Part shown: piece by piece, positions 26,782-31,626 of the stretch | How positions within the stretch are numbered: the stretch's first letter is position 1 | Layout: every line of letters starts with the position of its first letter | The notes under the pieces: generated by a model | Seen by the model: only the letters and a program-made list of their open reading frames with translations | The model's database searches: none | Told to the model about the DNA's origin: nothing | DNA from: an uncultured virus (IMG/VR IMGVR_UViG_3300027877_000003) | Taxonomy: Duplodnaviria; Heunggongvirae; Uroviricota; Caudoviricetes | Length of the DNA stretch: 31,626 nucleotides | Virus record (IMG/VR): IMGVR_UViG_3300027877_000003 | Direction: 5' to 3' (one strand) | Made by a program: the position numbers and the translations under genes

Positions 26782-26919
26782 ATGGGCATAGAAAAATGGT
26801 ACAAATTTTTGGAATGGGCTGGAGTTATTTTGCTCAGTATGTGTATGATTGCAGGGTTTATTTCAATTTTACTTTTAATTGTAAGTCTTTTTGTTCTTAC
26901 AATTGGATTATTCTTCTAG
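26782..26919 (+). CDS. small membrane peptide (45 aa)
   Basis: Hand translation MGIEKWYKFLEWAGVILLSMCMIAGFISILLLIVSLFVLTIGLFF; AAGGAGG RBS. Confidence 0.6.
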   Translation: MGIEKWYKFLEWAGVILLSMCMIAGFISILLLIVSLFVLTIGLFF

Positions 26920-26932
26920 AACGGAGGACGAT

Positions 26933-27256
26933 ATGACACGAGATGAATTTGAATCTTTAACTGTAGGAGTTATTAAGGTGGTACAAGATGAACTTATGGC
27001 AGAGTATGATCGATTAACTACTGCTAATAGACTACTCCTAAAGACAGGAGATAAAATGGCGGCAGAATTAGACCGGCTAGAAATCAAGACCACACGCCTG
27101 ACTGCGCTGAATGCGCAACTGTTGGAGGCGTTGATTGATTTTATGCGGATGGTTGAAGAACATTCAACACCAATTATCTTAGCCCATGCAACTATTTGGG
27201 GCAAGGCACATGCCGCCATCCGAGCGGCGGAGGGAAAAATAATAAATGGCAATTAA
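26933..27256 (+). CDS. coiled-coil protein, paralog of 19364-19579
   Basis: GGAGG RBS, MTRDE...AEYDRLT...NAQLLEALI. Confidence 0.65.
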   Translation: MTRDEFESLTVGVIKVVQDELMAEYDRLTTANRLLLKTGDKMAAELDRLEIKTTRLTALNAQLLEALIDFMRMVEEHSTPIILAHATIWGKAHAAIRAAEGKIINGN

Positions 27257-27476
27257 ATCTGGCGGTAAATACCTGTGCTCTTACTGCTATAAGCCTTATA
27301 CAGATCCAACTAAAGCAGATTCATGTAGAGACAATCATGATCTAATTTATGTACAGATCTCTAGAGAAGATCTAGCTAGGCTAATGCAGTTTATATTAAC
27401 TAAAGACGAAGAGGTTTTAACAGAGAGTCTTGTTAGAAGCTTGAAGAAAATTCCTCTCAGGAAAAAGGAAGAATGA
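27246..27476 (+). CDS. small zinc-finger protein
   Basis: YLCSYC..PY.....A.SC...H. Confidence 0.6.
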   Translation: MAIKSGGKYLCSYCYKPYTDPTKADSCRDNHDLIYVQISREDLARLMQFILTKDEEVLTESLVRSLKKIPLRKKEE

Positions 27477-28075
27477 ACACACCTATACTTACAGCTACAT
27501 TAGGAACCAATTCTGATTTATTGCCGAAAGTATTTGAATTATATGTTCCTGATGGTTCTATAATTGCTGATATCACTTATGGACGAGGCGTATTTTGGAA
27601 GAATATTGATAAAAATAAATATACTCTCCTCGAAAGCGATATAGCCATCAATGGAGTAGATTTTAGACGCTTGCCTTATGATTCTGACTCATTTGATGTT
27701 GTGATATTTGATCCTCCTTATATGCATGGTGGAAAAACAGTTGTAAAGAAAACACTAAACGATCCTTATCGCAATCATGAAGCTCCTGTTGATAGCCATG
27801 AAGGAGTTATCAGGCAGTATGCTTCAGGAATATTAGAAATATCTAGAGTTCTAAAAAAGAAGGGAATTGCAATTATCAAGTGCCAGGATGAGATTGAGAG
27901 TGGAGTACAGCATTTGAGCCATGTAGAGATAATTCAACTATTGGACTTGTTAGGCTTTCAAGTTCTGGATATATTCATTCTGGTTCAGAATAATATACCA
28001 ACAATGCGGGAAGATTACCAGAAGTCGGCAAGAAAAAACCATAGCTACCTCATCATTGCTAAATTTAGGCGATAA
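27473..28075 (+). CDS. small DNA amino-methyltransferase-like protein
   Basis: IADITYGRGVFW (motif I-like), DFRRLPY, VIFDPPY, RVLKKKG. Confidence 0.75.
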   Translation: MNTPILTATLGTNSDLLPKVFELYVPDGSIIADITYGRGVFWKNIDKNKYTLLESDIAINGVDFRRLPYDSDSFDVVIFDPPYMHGGKTVVKKTLNDPYRNHEAPVDSHEGVIRQYASGILEISRVLKKKGIAIIKCQDEIESGVQHLSHVEIIQLLDLLGFQVLDIFILVQNNIPTMREDYQKSARKNHSYLIIAKFRR

Positions 28076-28087
28076 GGAAAAATAAGA

Positions 28088-28294
28088 ATGATAGTAAAAA
28101 TTAGAACTTGTTTTCATTGTGACAAAGAAATCTATCCAGAAGATCTTAAGTTCCAGCTAGGGATAGATTTTCCATACGTAAATTTATGGTTTCATAGAGA
28201 ATGCTATAAAGCTATTTCAGGAAATGTAGTAGATTACTTGCTAGAAAATTCAGACAAGCTTATCAAAGAAGCTGAAAAATTTACTAGAATGTAA
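28088..28294 (+). CDS. small zinc-finger protein
   Basis: CFHC...WFHREC. Confidence 0.6.
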   Translation: MIVKIRTCFHCDKEIYPEDLKFQLGIDFPYVNLWFHRECYKAISGNVVDYLLENSDKLIKEAEKFTRM

Positions 28295-28319
28295 TTGAAA
28301 TGATAAAATATGGTATAAT
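28291..28319 (+). promoter_or_regulatory. promoter-like motif related to 26621-26650
   Basis: GTAATTGAAATGATAAAATATGGTATAAT. Confidence 0.65.
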
Positions 28320-28352
28320 TATTAGTAGAAAATAGTAATTAATGGAGGTAAA

Positions 28353-28550
28353 ATGATGACGAATGTTGTAAAAATTTCAGTAACTCCTAATGAAAAATCG
28401 GTCGTAGATTTCTTAGTAGACTCTCTTTCATCCCTACCGAACACTTTAATTGTTGAAACAGATTCATGTCCGGTGTGTGGAGAAGAAATTTACAGGGAAG
28501 GACATTGTAGTATCTGCTTAGGTTGTGGATACTCCAAGTGCAATTTATAA
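28353..28550 (+). CDS. stand-alone NrdJ C-terminal-type zinc ribbon / Cys tail
   Basis: CPVCGEEIYREGHCSICLGCGYSKC matches the CPxCG-x5-EGCxxCxxCGYSKC terminus of class II RNRs; GGAGG RBS. Confidence 0.75.
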   Translation: MMTNVVKISVTPNEKSVVDFLVDSLSSLPNTLIVETDSCPVCGEEIYREGHCSICLGCGYSKCNL

Positions 28551-28551
28551 T

Positions 28552-29238
28552 ATGCCTAGACAGAAAACAGGGTTCAATGCCAAGAGTTTAAGAAACTTGC
28601 CTCAGTATAAAGATCTGGATGATGAAGAATTCAACGAACTAATGTTGATAAAAGAAATAGATGCATCTCCAACTGAGGAATTTGAAACTAGAATTAAAAA
28701 GAAAATAGAAGAGTTTGAAGTAGATTATGATTTTTCAGATATGAAAATTAATGATATGCTTTTGGTAAGGGCTTTAGCCCAAGCAATCATTAGTTTGGAA
28801 GACCTAGAACAAATTTATTATAAGTCACGATTAGTAGGTATAACTCTAGATAACATTACGCTCCTCGAAAAACTATCTAAACAGATGGCTGATCTCAGAT
28901 CAGATATATCTAAAATGCAAGATGATCTAAAAATTACGAGGAGGATCAGGAAGTCAGATAAGGAGGAGTCTGTAGTGAATTATCTAGAGTCCTTAACTCA
29001 AAAAGCCCATGAATTTTATGAGCAGAAAATGAGTTATATTCTATGCGACAAATGTAATATGCTTCTAGGAACGATATGGACTTTATATCCACAGTCAGAG
29101 AACGTTATCGTTTTAACTTGTAAAAGAAAATTAGACAGTGGAGAAGTCTGTAATAATAAAGTAAAAGTTACAACCGCAGAATTATTAAGAAAGAAAGGAT
29201 CTAACAAGCCCGATATTTTACCTGAAAGCTTGTTATAA
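28552..29238 (+). CDS. coiled-coil protein with C-terminal Zn ribbon (possible terminase small subunit)
   Basis: N-terminal MPRQK..KSLRNL, helical core, CDKC...C-x9-C; TerS call is weak inference. Confidence 0.45.
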   Translation: MPRQKTGFNAKSLRNLPQYKDLDDEEFNELMLIKEIDASPTEEFETRIKKKIEEFEVDYDFSDMKINDMLLVRALAQAIISLEDLEQIYYKSRLVGITLDNITLLEKLSKQMADLRSDISKMQDDLKITRRIRKSDKEESVVNYLESLTQKAHEFYEQKMSYILCDKCNMLLGTIWTLYPQSENVIVLTCKRKLDSGEVCNNKVKVTTAELLRKKGSNKPDILPESLL

Positions 29239-29264
29239 ATTATAAAAGGAAAGGAGAAATAAAA

Positions 29265-29522
29265 ATGGAATCACCCGCTCATAGTCCAGTTGTAAAAAAA
29301 ATTACCACTAGTGGTATTAATAAAAAAGTAGAAATGAATTTCCCTGATGCAATAAGAGAGGTTATTGCTGGCAATAAAGTTGCTCGTCTTGAATGGGAAG
29401 ACAAAGATCCAAATTCTTATATGTATTTAGATGGGCATTTAATGATTAGCTTAGAGAGTGGAAAGCATACACTTCTTGTCAGAGATGTGGATATGCTTGG
29501 AGAGGATTGGGTTGTTGTATGA
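29265..29522 (+). CDS. DUF2829 / Tad2-like protein
   Basis: MNFPDAIREVIAGNKVARLEW...DMLGEDWVV matches MNFxxAlxxxxxGxKVARxxW...DMLAEDWxV. Confidence 0.7.
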   Translation: MESPAHSPVVKKITTSGINKKVEMNFPDAIREVIAGNKVARLEWEDKDPNSYMYLDGHLMISLESGKHTLLVRDVDMLGEDWVVV

Positions 29523-30106
29523 CAATAATAAAAGAGGGTGGAAGAAAAAGATCTGATAAAGATTTCTATCCGACTCCAATAGAATTTGCTAGAGCAGTAG
29601 TTAATACTGTTATTCCAAAAGAATGTAGTCCAGCATTTATTTGTGACCCTGGTGCTGGTACTGGAGTTTGGGGAAAAGCTTTAAAAGAAGTAGATAAATT
29701 TAAACCTTCTTATCTAGTTGGAGTAGATAAATTTTTTGAAAAACCTTCCGAAGATTATGATGAATGGGATATAGATGATTATCTAAACTATACATTCATG
29801 TTTGGAACTTACGATCTAATCATAGGAAATCCTCCTTACAGTTTAGCTGAGGAATTTATCAGACAAAGTTTAGAAATACTTAATGGTGAAGGATATTTGA
29901 TTTTCCTTTTACGTCTTTCTATGTTAGAAAGTGCTACTAGAGGAAAAGGATTATGGAAAGAAACTCCACTAAAAGAAGTTAATGTTTGTATCCAAAGAAT
30001 AAGTTTTACTGGGGACGGTCATACAGATGATACTGCTTATGGAGTTTTTGTTTGGAAAAAAGATTTTGTAGGTAGTCCTATTTTGAAATGGTTGGATTGG
30101 AGATGA
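29519..30106 (+). CDS. small N6-adenine DNA methyltransferase (gamma order)
   Basis: DFYPTP, DPGAGTG, IIGNPPY, FLLRL. Confidence 0.85.
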   Translation: MTIIKEGGRKRSDKDFYPTPIEFARAVVNTVIPKECSPAFICDPGAGTGVWGKALKEVDKFKPSYLVGVDKFFEKPSEDYDEWDIDDYLNYTFMFGTYDLIIGNPPYSLAEEFIRQSLEILNGEGYLIFLLRLSMLESATRGKGLWKETPLKEVNVCIQRISFTGDGHTDDTAYGVFVWKKDFVGSPILKWLDWR

Positions 30107-30834
30107 TAACTTTTTTAGAACTTGGTAATTATGGTAGGCTAGGAAATCAATTATTCCAAATAGCCAGTACAATTGGCATAGCTACAAAGAATGATCATAG
30201 TTATTCTTTTTCTAAATGGGAATATTCAAAATATTTTTTAAATGAATTGCCCCAAGTGATTATGCATTCTGGATTTCCTTATGGAATAGAAGAAATAAAA
30301 GAAACAAGTCCGTATTATAAAGATATAAAATTAGGTGAAAATTATCTATGGTATGATCTAAAAGGGTATTTCCAAAGCTGGAAATACTTTGATCATTGTA
30401 AAGAATTAATTAAATATTATTTTACTCCTAATTTTTCTACTCCTCCGACTAAAGGAACAGCAGGTATCCACGTTAGAAGAGGAGATTATCTATATCTTCA
30501 ACATACTCATCCAGTCTTAACAATGGATTATTATAATAGAGCAATAGATTATTTTGATCCAGAAAGATATTCTTTTCTAGTTTTCTCTGATGATGTCACT
30601 TGGTGTAAAGAAAACTTTATAGGAAATAAATTTTCTTTTTCTGAAGAAAAAGATGAAGTAAAAGATTTATTTCTTTTGTCTAGTTGTGAACATCAGATAA
30701 TAGCTAATTCTAGTTTTAGTTGGTGGGGTGCTTGGCTTAATGAATCACCAAACAAAGTAGTTATAGCACCTAAAAATTATGTGATTGGAGAAGATCATTC
30801 AGATCGTATTCCTCCAGAATGGATAACAATATGA
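30103..30834 (+). CDS. glycosyltransferase family 11 (alpha-1,2-fucosyltransferase-like)
   Basis: GRLGNQLFQ, GYFQS, HVRRGDY, FSDD, IIANSSFSWWGA. Confidence 0.9.
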   Translation: MITFLELGNYGRLGNQLFQIASTIGIATKNDHSYSFSKWEYSKYFLNELPQVIMHSGFPYGIEEIKETSPYYKDIKLGENYLWYDLKGYFQSWKYFDHCKELIKYYFTPNFSTPPTKGTAGIHVRRGDYLYLQHTHPVLTMDYYNRAIDYFDPERYSFLVFSDDVTWCKENFIGNKFSFSEEKDEVKDLFLLSSCEHQIIANSSFSWWGAWLNESPNKVVIAPKNYVIGEDHSDRIPPEWITI

Positions 30835-31025
30835 ACGATTGGATAAAGTTTGATGAACAAACTCCACCAATGACTGACGATCCTACTAATCCTGGAGCTA
30901 AATGGTACGAAGTTAAATTAAAAGATGGTAGAATAATTCATGAAAGTTGGTGGCTTAATCATTGGTATTGCTCATTTAATAATGGTAATGTAGAATATTG
31001 GAGGCCAATTGAAGATAAACCCTAG
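30831..31025 (+). CDS. small Trp-rich phage protein (DUF551-like)
   Basis: WIKFDEQTP...VEYWRPI pattern. Confidence 0.55.
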   Translation: MNDWIKFDEQTPPMTDDPTNPGAKWYEVKLKDGRIIHESWWLNHWYCSFNNGNVEYWRPIEDKP

Positions 31026-31626
31026 GGGCTATTGGGAAAATGATACAGAAGAAGGTCATGGAGTTGATAGAAAATTATCAGATGGACTCTGTGATTTCTT
31101 TGAAAAGGAATATAAAGATTTCATGCTGGATTATGACAATTCACAAATCTGTATTCTAGATGTAGGATGTGGAACTGGATTTTATACCAGAAAACTAAAC
31201 ACAGATTTTTCTGTATGTGATGGATACGATGGCAATCCCTATACAGAAAAAATTACTAATGGTAGATGTAAAGTAACAGATTTCTCTAAGAGAATAGATC
31301 TTGCATCTATTCCTATATATGATTGGGTTCTCTGTTTAGAAGTAGGTGAGCATATTCCTCAAAGATATGAAAGAATTTTCCTAGATAATATTTGTCAAAG
31401 AGCAGAACATGGAATTATTCTTAGCTGGTCTATCCCTGAATTTGGGGGAGATGGACATGTTAATCCTCTAGAAAATGGAATGGTTATAAAAAAATTGAAA
31501 AGATATAAGTTTGATTTTGTACCAGAAGAAACAAATATTCTTAGGGCAAGTGCATCTCCGTACCCTCAAACTGGATGGTGGTTTTCTAAAACACTTATGG
31601 TATTTAGAAAAATGCACTATTGGAGA
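31009..31626 (+). CDS. class I SAM-dependent methyltransferase (runs off window)
   Basis: Hand translation from TTG 31009 after GGAGG, open to window end: ILDVGCGTG, GYDG, DWVLCLEVGEHIP, GGDGHVN. Confidence 0.8.
   Translation, partial: MKINPRGYWENDTEEGHGVDRKLSDGLCDFFEKEYKDFMLDYDNSQICILDVGCGTGFYTRKLNTDFSVCDGYDGNPYTEKITNGRCKVTDFSKRIDLASIPIYDWVLCLEVGEHIPQRYERIFLDNICQRAEHGIILSWSIPEFGGDGHVNPLENGMVIKKLKRYKFDFVPEETNILRASASPYPQTGWWFSKTLMVFRKMHYWR

Noticed and set aside
2867..30172. Antisense ORFs (e.g. 2867, 6993, 7488, 13543, 16636, 19552, 19960, 22925, 23782, 26908, 29969)
   Set aside because: Lie opposite well-supported genes, with no motifs or RBS

Overview
An AT-rich segment of a large tailed-phage genome. 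It uses the standard genetic code, is densely gene-packed with ATGA/TAATG overlaps, and contains no structural or terminase-large genes. There are three blocks. (i) 1-4341 (+): very AT-rich small hypothetical genes plus an Rnl2-like RNA ligase, ending at a bidirectional terminator. (ii) 4433-26389 (-): a replication, recombination and nucleotide-metabolism operon (RNase HI, PolA, RecA, gp32-like SSB, DnaB, Hjc-like resolvase, Cas4-like nuclease, exonuclease, dNMP kinase, IMPDH/GMPR, primase, HAD nucleotidase, dUTPase, two DNA MTases, class II RNR). (iii) 26782-end (+): two more MTases, a Tad2/DUF2829-like protein, a GT11 glycosyltransferase and a SAM methyltransferase. The most notable observation is a phage-encoded sortase-like enzyme together with a complete Pro/Thr-repeat LPQTG substrate, a possible host-surface display system that also suggests a Chloroflexota/Anaerolineae host. 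Also notable are a class II RNR whose missing Cys-rich C-terminal tail appears as a stand-alone 65-aa gene 22 kb away, a D-arm-less tRNA-like RNA, a second mini tRNA-like element, and a repeated unusual promoter/operator motif in the divergent intergenic region. All family calls come from motif recognition by eye; no searches were run.
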